Below, piece after piece: positions 1 to 13,912 of a stretch of DNA of 64,000 bases (positions are counted from its first letter, which is position 1; the number at the start of each line of letters is the position of its first letter). The notes below the pieces were generated by a model. The model had not been told where the DNA came from. It searched no databases and saw nothing but the letters and a program-made list of their open reading frames with translations. The DNA is from Octopus vulgaris (Eukaryota): NCBI GenBank assembly GCA_951406725.2, contig OX597830.1:19964001-20028000 (forward strand), given 5' to 3'. Position numbers and translations under genes: made by a program.

Positions 1-482
1 TTATTATTATTATTATTAAGCACCATACCGTTGCTTCTACACTTTAAATCATTTAAGAAGCGTTGCAAAATACCTCTTATTACAGAAAGCACTTAACCCG
101 CCTGCCCCCTGTACATCACAGCATTATCTGAAACCCGTCCCTCTTGCTCTCTGGCTCTCTGTTTCCTTTACAAACAAACACCATTTTCTCAATTCTCAAT
201 ATTGTTATCTCCCTTCCTGTCTGTCGCTCTCCACCCTTCTACTGTTTGTAATTCTACTTTCTGTCGTCTTTATTTTTCTCTCTCATTTCTTCTTTCTGTC
301 TTTCCTATCTTTAAAAGCAAGGCCTAAAAAAATTATTTTTCTAATGCTTTATATATATATATGTATGTAGGCATATATATATAAGCTTGGACGTGAATGT
401 GTGTGTGCATGAGTGTGTGTGCGTGTATGTGTATGTATGTATGAATATATATCTGTGCGTGTATACATATATACCTATATAC

Positions 483-517
<35 letters not shown>

Positions 518-1046
518 TATATGAGTATATACATACATGTATATACATATATATATATATATATGGATACAAATAATATATACTTACATATATATGTATA
601 TATATCTATATACATTTGTGCATATGTAAATATATATATGTGTATGTGTGTGTGTACACAGTTATATATATATATGCGTGTGTGTATGTATATATGTATG
701 TATGTGTACATATGCATGTATACATACACATAAAGATATATATACTATATATACATATATAAATATACCTATACACACACACATACGCATACATGCATAG
801 ACGTACATATTCATATACTACATAGTGTAATATACAAACAATGGTAAATGAAACCGCCGCTTCGTCTCTAATAAATAAATAAATAAATAAATATATAAGT
901 AAATAAATAAAAACAAAAATAAGAATAAAATGTAAAATATAGTAACAGTAAAAATAATGAAATACTACAACCCACAACGACCATAACAACAAGAACAAGA
1001 AACAAAAGATGTAACACACACTCTTCCATCAGAGAAAGCGTAACTG

Positions 1047-1162
<116 letters not shown>

Positions 1163-1504
1163 CAATCCGCTTCATTTTTAAAAAATCTTTTTTTGTCTTT
1201 TTGTTTTTGTGTTTTATTTTGGTTTGTAAAAGATATTTATTGATTACTTGAAGTATGACAGTCCTTCGTTGTACCCACGTTTAACAAACACCAACAAAAA
1301 AAAAAATGGCCGACAAGGAAAGTAAACGAAACATTCCAAGAAAAATCAATTTAAACTCGCTGTTTTTTGTAACAGTAGAAGTAGTAGCAGTGGTGTCATT
1401 ATTTTATGGTTAGCCCCCAGATCAGCTCTGACCTAGAAGACCTATAACTCAAATTCGTTCCATACATGACCCTCCTGTCTTATATTTATGGCTTTGATCT
1501 TGTA

Positions 1505-1711
1505 TCTTTTACTTGTTTCAGTCATTAGACTGCGGCCATGCTATGGGTGCCGCTTAGACAAGGGTCTCCGTCGAATAAATCGATTGCAGTACTTATATTT
1601 TAAAGCATTTCGTACTTAATCTATCTGTTTCTTTTGCTGAACCGCTAAGTTACGGGGACGTAAACAAACAAAAGCCAGTTTTCATGCGGTGTATGAGAGT
1701 GTAAATGACAG

Positions 1712-1768
<57 letters not shown>

Positions 1769-1948
1769 TATATAAACACACATGGCAGGCTTTCACACAG
1801 CTTCCATCAACCAGATTCACTCACAAGACATCAGTTGATCCATGGCTATTATAGAAGACACTTGCCCAAGATGACATGCAGTGGAACTGAACCTGAAACC
1901 GCCTGGTCTCAAAGTGATATTCTTAATCACATAGCGATGCCTACCTGC
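1505..1948 (-). mobile_element. tRNA-derived SINE, family B (CORE-like centre, internal microsatellite), diverged copy
   Basis: Reverse-complement match to the copies at 2208 and 27086, including gaaccgctaagttacggggacgtaaac and atagaagacacttgcccaag. Confidence 0.85.
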
Positions 1949-2207
1949 AATGTGCCTTCTTTCCATTTAAAACAGTGATAGGTTATCAGTCGAATGAGAT
2001 TTAACTGCTATTTCTAATAAGTTGAGTGATTATTCCGAAGTGCCTTGCGGTGTTGTTTAACAAAATTCCACTACTGATCGAACAGGTATATCGTCCTATA
2101 CGTCTCAAAATGTAACTGTCTTGTCTTTTTCTTTTGGTCATTTCATTACTTCTAAAGACAGTACAGTGTGGTTTTGGGAGGTATTTAACTACTACTTCTA
2201 ACGTAGA

Positions 2208-2397
2208 TGCAGGCCCGGCTCTGCATTAAAAAGTTTGCTCCGTAACCACATGGTTCCGAGTTCAGTCCCCTAACGTAGCACCTTGGTGAAGTGTCTTCTA
2301 CTATACCCTCAGGCCGACCAAAGCCTTGTGAGTGGATTTGATAGACGGAACCTGAAAGAACCCCCGCCCGTCGTATATATATATATATATATATATG

Positions 2398-2435
<38 letters not shown>

Positions 2436-2637
2436 TGTGAGTGCGTGTGCGCGAATGTGTGTGTCATTGGTGTTTGTTTAAGTCCCTGTAACTGGGCGGT
2501 TCGACAAAACAGACCTGTATAGTAAGTGCCGTGCTTAAAAGAAAAGTACTAGGTCGAGATGATCGACTAAACTCTTTAATGCCGTGCCCCAGCATGGCCG
2601 CAGTCCAATGAGTGAAACGAATCAAAATATAATAGAA
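2208..2637 (+). mobile_element. tRNA-derived SINE, family B
   Basis: B-box-like ggttccgagttcagtcc, then ccttggtgaagtgtcttctactata, internal (TA)/(CA) tract, 3' gtgccccagcatggccgcagtccaatga. Confidence 0.85.
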
Positions 2638-3222
2638 AAGCTCATATTTTATATTCGAAGTGTACCAAGTACCACATGGTTCAATACGCCATTTTGTTTT
2701 TAAGATGAGAAATGTATGCTTCTAGGGAGATTCGGGTTTTATTTCTTGCTGGTCGAGAATCTTGTGACAGCTTCCTCGTTGGCCCTATTCGCATTCATAA
2801 TAAACGTCAGCCATTGATGTCCGTAATATCACCAACCAATTATTGAAGCAATTGGCTTCAATTATTGAAGCAATTGGCACTCATTTCTACTGTTAACGAC
2901 CCATCATGTTTATCAAAACGTTCATTAGTCTCATTCACCAATGTGATGAATATTCAATTCCTTCACCCTGCGCGATCAATGTTGCGTATCAATAGGGCTT
3001 TAGATTAACTCTATTAAATCAACTCCCCCCTAACATCTCGCAGAAATCCCGGTAATTATTGCCGACAGTTCGCTGAACTGATTCAGAAAAAAACAGCTTG
3101 CCCTGTTCAGATTTGGACATACAATTCAAATCGTGACCTGGGATTGAAATCGTTTATCCAGTCACATATTTTGTCTATAGGATTTTCTTCCACTTAGTTG
3201 AAGAAGCAGTTTTACTGGTGTC

Positions 3223-3278
<56 letters not shown>

Positions 3279-3662
3279 ACTTGTGTGTATGTATGTATGT
3301 ATGTATGTATGTATGTATGTATATATGTATGTATGTATGTATTATGTATGTATGGAGGTTTGTGCGTATGATTGTATGCGTGAGTGTATATAGGTCTGTA
3401 TGTATGTATGTTTGTAAGTATGAGTATATGTATGTGTGTAAGCAATACAAACTATTAATTACACGTTCGTTACTGACAAACTTAGTAATTAAGTGGAGAT
3501 TCATTAACACTAAAATTCGTTTGTAAAAGTGAAGCTTTCATTTTTCCCCCACAATGTGAAAAAATGTGAAAAGCATCTTCCTTTTGAGCCTTGTGCGGAA
3601 GGACTGTTGCATGGGGCATGAATCTTAAAAAACAAAAATAAATTATTTCTATTTAAAATATT

Positions 3663-3796
3663 CTTTTCTACTCTAGGCACAAGGCCCGAAATTTTGGGGG
3701 ATGAGGCCAGTCGATTAGATCGACCCCAGAACGCAACTGGTTCTTAATTCATCGATCCTGAAAGGATGAAAGGCAAAGTTGACCTCGGCGGAATTT
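3663..3796 (-). mobile_element. SINE family A (Nin-like domain), 5'-truncated, tail type 2
   Basis: gaaaggatgaaaggcaaagttgacctcggcggaattt is shared with the other family A copies. Confidence 0.85.
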
Positions 3797-4059
3797 TTGG
3801 TTAAAATATTACAGGGAAAAAGAGAATAAAATTAAGAAATGAAAGAGATGGAAATAGAAAAAGGAAAGTGTAATGGATACATAGAAAAATAGAAGACAAC
3901 AAAGCAAGGGAGAAGTTGATAAAGAAACACAAGAGAATAAAGGCATTGGTTTTGAAGAGGAAATAAGTTAATTAATAAATGTTAAGATATGAATGCTCAC
4001 ACACATGCATGAATACACACATACGATTTTTTTTTGTATTTTTATTGTATTTATATTTG

Positions 4060-4345
4060 TGTAACATTGTCCGTTTTTTCCGTCCTTGTTATTGTATACA
4101 TTCGCTGCTTTCTTCCAAGAAATCTAATGCTCTTGGCTTAGCTTTTCCATAGGGCTGGCCAGATTGCAGCAATCTCAAGAGTAATCAGCCGAAATTGCGA
4201 GGATAATCTGATGCTTGACTGATGAAAGAAAACTTCGAATGACCCGTTCTTGTTTTCTTTGTATCGTCTATCTGAATGTTTTGTTGTCCCTTTTTGTATC
4301 ACCTAGCTGTCCGGATGTTTTGCGTTCTTGTCCCATTTTGTTTTA
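4060..4345. repeat. Unclassified interspersed repeat (second partial copy at 18240-18405)
   Basis: cagccgaaattgc..gataatctg..gactga.gaaagaaaacttcgaa..tgacccgt..ctgtccggatg is shared by both loci; both abut (TA)n. Confidence 0.75.
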
Positions 4346-6382
4346 TGTATATATATATAAACATATATATATATATATATAATACATATATACTATGTGC
4401 GTGAGTGAATTTGTGTTGTTTAATAACTATAGAAAGGGAAAAATCTATCTTACTGTATGGAGAGATAATGATGATTATGAGCCTGTTTAGCAATGTGATG
4501 GTTAGGTCGTGTTGCGCAATAAATGCTTGCTTATAAAAGTGTTTACATTTCACCGAAATCTTAGATCTAACATTTATGTAGTGGTCGAAATTATACAGAT
4601 TTTGTCAAAATGTGCAAAGATCCCTTTTATTTTGTTATGATGTTAAGGCAAGGTGTAAAGTTTAAAACTAACTTAATTTATTAAACACGGAAATATATCT
4701 GCCTCCTTTCTAATCCTCACAGCACCCTCCGCTCACCCCCCATAAGAAATTCTGGTTTAAAATACACATCTCAGTAGCATTCAAAGGTTTTGCCCTTATT
4801 TGTTACTATTCCATATCATTTAGTCATATGTAAAGGTGCGTTCTTTCTATACCCATGCTTACACATTAAAACCTTAGGTAAAATTAAAATGATACGCCAG
4901 TGAAAGAAACATAAGAAAGTCTTACGTATCAAGTGACACCCTTTATCAAAGAGAAGGAAAAGGAATAAGAAATGCAAGAGAAAAAGCAAAAGATATACAT
5001 GTCAGGTATAGAATATCCCAAATATATATATGATACTGAAACTTCCGATTTTCTATTACTGTTTGGTTCTTAACAACCACGATTTATAATAATATAAAGT
5101 GATGGCCGAAACATTTGTAGTAGATGTGCAGTTGAATCTAAACAGCTTCTTACAGTCCTACACTATGATAAATTGGGTGTACTAAACATAGTTGTTACAT
5201 TGCACAACTGTCATTTCGGAGTGGTTTCTTCCAATTATCTTTTTTAATGGTTATATTTCAATGAAAAACATAACAAAAGAATGAAATATATAGGAGAATG
5301 ATTTTTCCTTCTCTCCCCCCCCCCCCGCCTTTTCTCTGTTTCTTTCATTCTTCAATATTTTTCTTTCGCTCTTTCACTCATCCTTTCATTCTACCTTTAC
5401 TCCTTTCTCCTCTCTTTTTTTTTTCTCTTCTTAACGTAAATCTTAATTTCATTCTTTCTTCCTGTCTTCCTTTGTTGCTTTGTCTTACATCCATTCTTTT
5501 TTCCTCTGAATAATTATTTTTTCTTTGTTCATTCTACACTTTCTATAAATTATTCATTCATTCTTTCTTTCCATTTTTCTATTCTTTCTTTCATTCACTC
5601 ATTCTTTCTTCTTTTTCCGTCATTCATTTCATTTTCATTATTTCCTCATATCTTCCGATTTCCTCTTCTTCCTTTATGTCTATCTGTCTTTCATTTTCTT
5701 CCTTGTTTTTTTCTCCCTTGGTTTCTTTCTATCTATCGTCTGTCGTTCATTCATTCTCTCTTTCCAGTTTTTATTCTTTCTTTCATTCACCCATTCTTTT
5801 CTCTTTTCGTCGTTCATTTCGCTTTCATTCTTTCTTCATATCTTCCTTTTATATCTATCTATCTTTCATTTTCATTCTTGGCTCCTTTCTCTCTTGGCTT
5901 CTTTCTACCTGTCGTCTGCAATTCATTCATTCTGTACCTATCTCAATATTATATGTGTCTTAGTTACTGACATTAACACCTGAACAGTTATCGATCCTTA
6001 AAAACAAGTCAATCGATATAAATAGCACTTATATATACAACGGTCTTACAATAACAAAACCGTATTTGTTTCTTAAAAAGAACCGTTACTAAGCCGAACA
6101 CTGCTTCTTTGAATTTGTATATACTGCATACTTAGTAAAACATATTATTAAAACGTTCGATTTAATTCATTGACTCAAAGGTCCCATTTTATTGTCTTAA
6201 TTTAGATAAGGCAATACATGTATGATATATCATCAGTTTCAGGCCATCATACATATTATATATATATATAAATATGTATGTATGCATGTATGTATGTGAG
6301 TATGTATGTATGCATGTATGTATGTATGTATGTATGTATGTATGTATGTATGTATGTATGTATGTATGTGTATGTATGTATG

Positions 6383-6421
<39 letters not shown>

Positions 6422-6563
6422 CATACGTATACACACATACATACATATATATACCTGAATGTATGAAAATAAACATTTGTATATATGTATTTATGTATTT
6501 ATATATATACTCAGGCATCTTTAAAGTAGACATATATATAGGTAGATAGGTTGAAAAAAATAT

Positions 6564-6634
<71 letters not shown>

Positions 6635-6649
6635 CTATATACATACCTT

Positions 6650-6925
6650 ATGTGGTTTAGTGGTTGGGTGTTGTACTGAAGATCGTAAGATCGTGGTATC
6701 GATATCCAAACCGGGCGATGCATTGTGATCTTGAGCAAGATACTTCACCTTACTCCAGTCCACTCAACGCTAGTTAACCCTGCGACGGACTGGCGTTACT
6801 TTCAGCAGGAACATTGGCCTGCCCGCCTGGCCAGTGGTCTGGTATCACTACAAAAGCTACAACAACATGAGGAAGTGCACTGTGACTAGCGGTGTATTAC
6901 AACATCTGATAGCCTGATCGATGCA
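6650..6925 (+). mobile_element. tRNA-derived SINE, family C, diverged
   Basis: tggtttagtggtt A-box-like head; ccgggcgatgcattgtgatcttgagcaag and cctgcgacggactggcg are shared with the copy at 35592. Confidence 0.75.
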
Positions 6926-7131
6926 GGCATTTATTACGTAGCTGAATGTTGTCGTTGGTGTTGGTGCATTGGAGTTAGCTTCTAAGATAATTAATACCAA
7001 CAGATCACTAACTTGGGTTAATCATACCAGATTGTGTCACTAGGTGAGGCTGTCTGATTGTTAAGATAACAGAAACATCCAATACCCACTGATAGTGCAT
7101 TGGGGCGCATCACAAGATGATGAACGAAATA

Positions 7132-7848
7132 CGAGAGAGACTCAAAAATTATACGCACTCTTGTTTTTTTTTTTTCAATGTATTTACACAAATCCAGGGG
7201 ATATACAAATACGTTATTTTTCTATATAGTCTCCTTCCTTTTCGATGCACTTGGCTCAGCGGTCCAGAAGCTTACGTATTCCCTCCAAGTAGAAGGTTTT
7301 TGATTGGTCGTGCAACCATTTATGCACCACCTCCTTCACGTTTTCGTCAGTAAATAATCTACGACCACGTGAACCATCTTTGAGCGGTCCAAAAACATGA
7401 TAGTCGGAACGGGTCAGATCTGGGCAGAGTGTTCCAGCACCTCAAAGCCCAATTGGTTAATGATTTCAACAGTCTTGGCGGCCGTGTGTGAGCGTGCGTT
7501 GTCATGCAACAACAACAAAATTTTCTTCGACAATAGGCTTCGGGGTTTGGTGCGAATTGCTTCTATTCAGTTTGTTAGTCAGTAAAACACTACACCTTGC
7601 ACTGTTGATCGTGTACCCCTTTTCCAGAGAATTCGAATCACTGCTCTTTGTTCTTCTTTGGTGCACATTGCTAGAGTAGCGTCCATGCTTACGCTGTACA
7701 TCCAGAAAGAAAAATTGCACGATCAGGCACAAACATCGATCACGTGACCTCAATAGTACCAACTATAAGCACGCATGCACAGAAAGCAGTGTGACAATAG
7801 TAAAGATATGTTATGGCGAAAGTGCGGATAATTTTTGACTTCCTCTCA
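7132..7848 (-). mobile_element. Internally deleted mariner transposon with TIRs and TA target duplication
   Basis: TIRs cgagagagactcaaaaattatacgcact / agtgcggataatttttgacttcctctca with TA on both sides. Minus strand gives MCTKEEQRAVIR, ILLLHDNARSHTAAKTVEIINQLGFEVLEH and KTFYLEGIRKLLDR*AKCIEKEGDYIEK, with frameshifts. Confidence 0.92.
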
Positions 7849-8541
7849 TATATGTATGTGTGTGTGTGGGGGGTATTAAAAAGACGGAATATCGTCTTTG
7901 ATCATGAGTCTCTTCGATCAGTGGTGTCTAAAAGAATGCCTTGCATGGTCTCGCAATCTGCTAAAAGTAACAGTCAAATCTCCCTCGAACAATATCTTAA
8001 TGTCTTAAAAAATGGAAGAACATATTGTGTATCGCTTTCATATCTTTTTTTTTAATTATCTTTTTCTTTTTCTAAGGAAAATGTGGTTCCGTCCCAGATG
8101 GAAATGGCTTGCTCTGTTGGTCTAGAAGTCTAGAGGATCACAGCTAACGGCACAGCAGTACCAATAACAACAATGACAGCAACAATAACTTCTAAACTAA
8201 TAACAGTTGTAAGAATAACAGCAGCTGTAACGGTAATGACCACTACAGTAATAATAGCAGCAGTAAGTAGGAAGAACAGCAGGAATAACAACAATAACAA
8301 CAACAGCAACAGAAATAGATTTCTTTATTGGCCACGCAGGGCTAAGCACAGAAGGGACAAAATACAAAGTAAAGCTTTTCTTTTTAGGAAGAAGAGAAGG
8401 AAAAAAAAAAGGGGTCGAATTCCGATCAAAAGGGACCGTGAAAAGAAATAAAAAAGTGGGGACGACCAATAGGGATCGTGTATCACAGAAATGTCAATGT
8501 AAAAAGGGAAAACAGATTAGGTTTGTCCGTGGCTAGAAAAG

Positions 8542-8627
8542 CCTGGCTTAGTGGTTAGGGTGTCAGCATCATGATCGTAAGATTGTGGTTTCGATTCCTG
8601 GATCGGGCGACGCGTTGTGTTCGTGAG
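8542..8627 (+). mobile_element. SINE family C head, directly followed by a family A SINE
   Basis: tggcttagtggttagggtg..gtggtttcgattcctgga..gggcgacgcgttgtgttc. Confidence 0.8.
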
Positions 8628-8630
8628 AAA

Positions 8631-8867
8631 GGCGGCGAGCTGGCAGAAATGTTAACACGCCGGGCGAAATGCTTTGTGGTATTTCGTCCGCCGCTGCGTT
8701 CTGAGTTCAAATTCCGCCGAGGTCGACTTTGCCTTTCATCCTTTCGGGGTCGATAAATTAAGCACCAGTTACGCACTGGGGTCGATGTAATCGACTTAAT
8801 CCGTTTATCTGTTCTTGTTTGTCCCCTCTGTGTTTAGCCCCTTGTGGGCAATAAAGAAATAAGAAAA
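8631..8867 (+). mobile_element. Full-length SINE family A (tRNA head, Nin-like domain, tail type 1)
   Basis: ggcggcgagctggcagaa head, gagttcaaattcc B-box, cctttcatcctttcggggtcgataaattaag central domain, A-rich tail. Confidence 0.92.
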
Positions 8868-8939
8868 GCCTACGGAAAAGACCACGGGAATCTTGGGCAA
8901 TAGTGTCATGCAAAAAGAAAACACATTAAAGTAACAGGC

Positions 8940-9135
8940 AAAACAGCAGCAACAACAACAACTGTAGCAGCAACAATAACAACAACAGGAGCAGAAGAGA
9001 AAGTAAGAGAAACAACAACAGCAGAAGCAAGAACAAAAAGAATAATACCAGCGACAATGCCACCAAGAACACACATGCCACCATCAGAATCAGCGACAAC
9101 AGAGACAATAAGAAGAACAGAAACACTACCAACAA

Positions 9136-9167
<32 letters not shown>

Positions 9168-9324
9168 AGACACCGCCGTCGTCACCATCGCCACCAACAC
9201 TACCATTACTATCACTACTACCACCGTCACCACCAACAACAGCATTACCATCTGCAATGTAAAACAACAGCCAAACAGAATCAGCCACTGTAGCAACACC
9301 ACCTTTTGCCAGCTGCTGCTGCTG

Positions 9325-9355
<31 letters not shown>

Positions 9356-9929
9356 AATGGCAACAACAGCAACAACAAAACCTCAAATGACAACATCAAC
9401 ACTAATGCCACCGTCACCAACGTTATCACCATCAGCATCATCACCAACAGCAACAGCAACTGTAACAACATCACTGCTACCACCACCACGATCACCATCA
9501 CCATCACCACCACCACCACCATCACCATCGTCACCACCACCAACAAAAACAACGACAACGACGACATTCACAACCACCACCACCATCTCCATCATCACCA
9601 ACAACTACATCATCACAACCACCATCACCATCATCACCACCACCAACAACAGCAACAGCAACAACGGCATCACAACCACCAGCACCACCACCAGCACCAC
9701 CACCAGCACCATCACCCACCATCACCACCACCATCACCATCATCACCACCACGAACAACAGCAACAGCAACAACGGCATCACAACAACCACCACCACCAT
9801 CACCACCACCATCACCATCATCACCACCATCAACAACAACAACAGCAACAACAACGACATCACAACCGTCACCACTACCCCCACCACCACCACCACCACC
9901 ACAACCACCACCCACCACCACCCACCACC

Positions 9930-9961
<32 letters not shown>

Positions 9962-9985
9962 CAACAACAGCAGCAACACAACCGA
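8940..9985. repeat. Compound CAN/ACN trinucleotide low-complexity tract
   Basis: Interleaved (CAA), (CAG), (CAC), (CAT) and (CTA) runs. Confidence 0.95.
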
Positions 9986-10436
9986 CATGCCAACGTGTCA
10001 CATCGTGAAGGTAATCTGTGAAATTGTCATAGGAAAAGTAATTTCTATTGTAAAAGATGAAAGTTTCCAACATCGATTTTTCCAACCTTTATCATCTTAA
10101 TTCTGATTTTCTTAAAAACTTTCTACTCCTTTATTTTTTTTTTACTCTTTTTACTTCCACTTTTTCCTTGTTTTTTTTTTTTGCAAAAAAATTTTCTAAA
10201 TTCCTTATTTTCTCGTGTTTTCTCCCCCCCCTTTTTTTCTTTGATTATTTACATTTTATTTATGTTTGTGAATTTTTTCTGTTTTTTTTTTAAATATATA
10301 TTTTTGATTATTACTTAGAAATTTCATCAACTGTTTTTATATTGTATGATTATCTTTTTTTCGGTGTTATTTTCGTGTTTTTTTTTTTCCTTTTGTATCT
10401 GTGTCTTTTTTGAATTGTCATTTCTCTCTTTCTTCA

Positions 10437-10474
10437 GAGAGACGGAGAAAGAGAGGGACAGAGACAGACAAAGT

Positions 10475-10522
<48 letters not shown>

Positions 10523-11165
10523 GACAGAGAAAGATTGACAGACAGACAGAGAAACGTAGAGAGAGACAGAGAAAGACAGACAGAAAAACAGAGACAGACA
10601 GACAGATGGAGAAACAAAGAGAGAGTAAGACAGAAAGAGAGATACAGATTTAAGGAGAGAGGAGAAACAGGGATTGAAAAAGGAAGAGATAAACAGAGAG
10701 GGAGAAAGAGAGAGACAGAGACAGACAGACAGGCAGAGGAACAGAAACAGAGAGACAGAGAAAGAAACAGAGAAACAAAGAGAGAGAGAGAGTGAGACAG
10801 AAAGAGTGATGCCGATAGAGTAAGAGAGGGGGAGAAACAGGAAGTGAGAGAGAGACAGACAGACAGAGAGACAGACAGACAGAGAGACAGACAAACAGGG
10901 AAACAGAGATAAAGAGAAAGAAAGAGAGAGAGTGAGACAGAGAGATGCCTATATAGAAAGAGAGGGGGAGAAACAGGGAGCGAGAGAGAGAAAGAGAGAC
11001 AGAGAGACAGACAGGGAAACAGAGATAAAGAGAAACAAAGAGAGAGAGAGAGAGAGAGTGAGACAGAAAGAGAGATGCCGATAGAGAGAGGGGGAGAAAC
11101 AGGGAGTGAGAGGAGAGGAGATAAAGAGAGAGAGACAGAGAGAGACAGAGAGACAGAGGAGAGAG
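10437..11165. repeat. GA/GACA-rich low-complexity tract with internal duplications
   Basis: gtgagacag..gatgcc.ata..gagggggagaaacagg recurs three times (about 10792, 10932, 11058). Confidence 0.9.
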
Positions 11166-11873
11166 CAGAATCAGAATACAGGAAACATCGTTTGCTCTTT
11201 CTATTGTTGTTGTTGTTTTTATTGTTGTTATTAATATTATCATCATCATCATCGACGTTGTTGTTGTTGTTGTTGTTGTTATTGTCATCGTTTGCCATTT
11301 TAATCCAAATATTCATTTCTAATGGCCTTTTGTTTCCTGTTTCTGGAACATTCCAGCCCGCCGCTCCATCCCTGCCACCTCCACCTTCCCATCATGCCTC
11401 TCTATCAGTTTGGATATTGATTAATTCCTATTTTCTCACCTTCCTTTCATCTTTCTTCTCCTCATCTCATCTTCACGCTCTCCCTCCCCCTCTCTCTCTC
11501 TCTTTCTTTATCCCTTCTTCTCTTCCTCTCCTCCTTTCTTTCTCTCTCTCTTTCTCTCTCTCTATCTCTAAAATGCATGTGTATATGTATGTATACGTTT
11601 TTATCTTAATGCTTCCATATATGTATATATATACACATACACATACATATGCATGTATGTATGTATGTATGTATGTATGTATGTATGTATGTATGTATGT
11701 ATGTAGGTAGGTAGGTAGGTAGGTATATATATATATATATACATGTATTTATGAATATATAAATATGCACTTAAATATATATAGATATATCTAAAATTAT
11801 ATATATATATGTATATGTATATTTATATATGTATATATGCACATATGCACACACACGTAGACACGTATAGATA

Positions 11874-11971
<98 letters not shown>

Positions 11972-12025
11972 AGCATGCATAATACGTCTTTGCCCTTCTG
12001 TGTATCTTTTTCTCTGCCTCTTGCT

Positions 12026-12077
<52 letters not shown>

Positions 12078-12489
12078 ACACACACTGATTTAACTCACTC
12101 ATTCCTCAATCAATCTTTTGGTATGTCTCTCTCTCTCTCCTTTCCCATCTTTATTGTTCTTTACCACATCCTTTCCTCCATCCTTCACTCCCTCCCTCCC
12201 TCCCCGTCTCCCTGACTCCTGTCTCTGTCTGTCACTTTCTGCTTGCCGGTTTGTCTGTTTTTTTCTGTCTGTCTCTCTCTTTCTCTCTCTCTCAGTTTTT
12301 CTCTCCCTTCTCTCTCTCTCCTGTTCCCTCTTTACTTTCTCTGTTTCTGTTCACCTCCCCTCAGTCTCTCTCTTGTCCCTCATATCTTTCCCTCTCTCTC
12401 ATATCTCACCCTTTCTCTCGTATCTCTCACTCGTATCTCTTTCTCTCTCTCTCTCATATCTCACCCTCTCCCACATCTCTGTCTATCTG

Positions 12490-12579
<90 letters not shown>

Positions 12580-12782
12580 AGTCTGTCTATCTATCTACAT
12601 TACAACGCTCTTTCTCTTTACGAGATCTGTTTTTACCTTATTGCCCGTTACACTCGCACACGTATTTGTATATATGTATGTATGTATCTATGTATGCGTG
12701 TATGAGCGTGTATATATATATATATATATATATATGCCTGTATGTATGTATGTATGTATGTATATATGTATGTATGTATCTA

Positions 12783-13612
12783 TGTAACAGCGATGCCCTT
12801 CCTGACATCCCTCCTTACTTTCTCATGTGCAACTCGAGATTTCTCAAAAGTGGCTGTCCCTTCGTGCACAATCCTTCTCCACCTGCTACGATCAATAATT
12901 ATGCCTTCTCATGTGCCAGGAGAGATGCAAGGATTTCTTAAGGAAGCCTTCAGCAAGTCCTTATACCTCTTTTTTGGTTTATGTGGAGGTCGTTCTCCTT
13001 TAGCTAACTCTCCCCAAAGAAGGTATAAAGACTTGCTGAAGGCTTCCTTAAGAGATGTTTTCATCTCTTCTGACACATGGGAAGGCATAGCTATTGATCG
13101 TAGCAGGTGGAGAAGGATTGTGCACGAGGGGACAGCTACTTTTGAGAAATCTCGAGTTGCACATGAGAAAGTAAGGAGGGATGTCAGGAAGGGCATCGCT
13201 GTTACACTTCCAGATGGGAAGGGTCTTCCTATGATGCTGACATGCAGTGTCTGTGCAAGACCCTGCTTCAGTAAAGCTTGACTCAAGAGTCATCTTCGTA
13301 GTCATAAAGCGAGACAGATGAGTGACAACCTGGCCACTGGTGGTGGTGGTGTAACACACCATACTAATCATATCTGTCGGGCATGTGGAAGAGAGTGTAA
13401 TTCGGCAGGAGGACTTAAACGACATGCAAAGGTACATGAAGCCCAGTTACAACTACAGCCGGCTATTACCGGTAAAGGTTTTAGTTGCCAATTTTGTACA
13501 AGACATTGTAGATCTTTAGCTGGGCTAAAAAGTCACATTCGATCACAGCACCAGTAACAGTTAGGCTTCGTGCAATGGCCATACTCGATAATGAGGGGGC
13601 AGTCATAATAAT
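12783..13612 (+). mobile_element. RTE-type LINE 3' end (pseudogenised) with three C2H2 zinc fingers and a 5' inverted duplication
   Basis: RYKDLLKASL..TWEGIAIDRSRWRRIVHEG is a typical RTE C-terminus. Fingers: CSVCARPCFSKA*LKSHLRSH, CRACGRECNSAGGLKRHAKVH, CQFCTRHCRSLAGLKSHIRSQH. Short 3' UTR and taataataat tail; in-frame stop near 13280. Confidence 0.9.
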
Positions 13613-13692
13613 AATGTATGCATGTATGTATGTATGTATGTATGTATGTATGTATGTATGTATGTATGTATGTATGTATGTATGTATGTATG

Positions 13693-13726
<34 letters not shown>

Positions 13727-13842
13727 TGTATATATGTATGTATGTATATATGTATGTATGTATATATGTATGTATGTATGTATATATGTATGTATATATG
13801 CATGTACGTATGTATGCGTGTGTATGTATGTATGTATGTATG

Positions 13843-13912
<70 letters not shown>

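Noticed and set aside
4210-4245. ctgatgaaagaaaacttcgaat as a hammerhead
   Set aside because: No GAAA followed by stem III and NUH, no stem I; the second copy near 18278 also lacks them.
9306-10100. 264-aa Thr/Pro/His/Gln-rich ORF
   Set aside because: Translation of trinucleotide microsatellites, open in several frames and on both strands, non-ATG start, no domain.
10327-11316. 329-aa Leu/Ser-rich ORF and similar YI/VC/HT/LS ORFs throughout the track
   Set aside because: Di- and tetranucleotide repeats lack stop codons in some frames; no coding signal.
13318-13557. Apparent stand-alone C2H2 zinc-finger gene
   Set aside because: It is the in-frame continuation of the LINE ORF after a premature stop, followed by the LINE UTR and tail.
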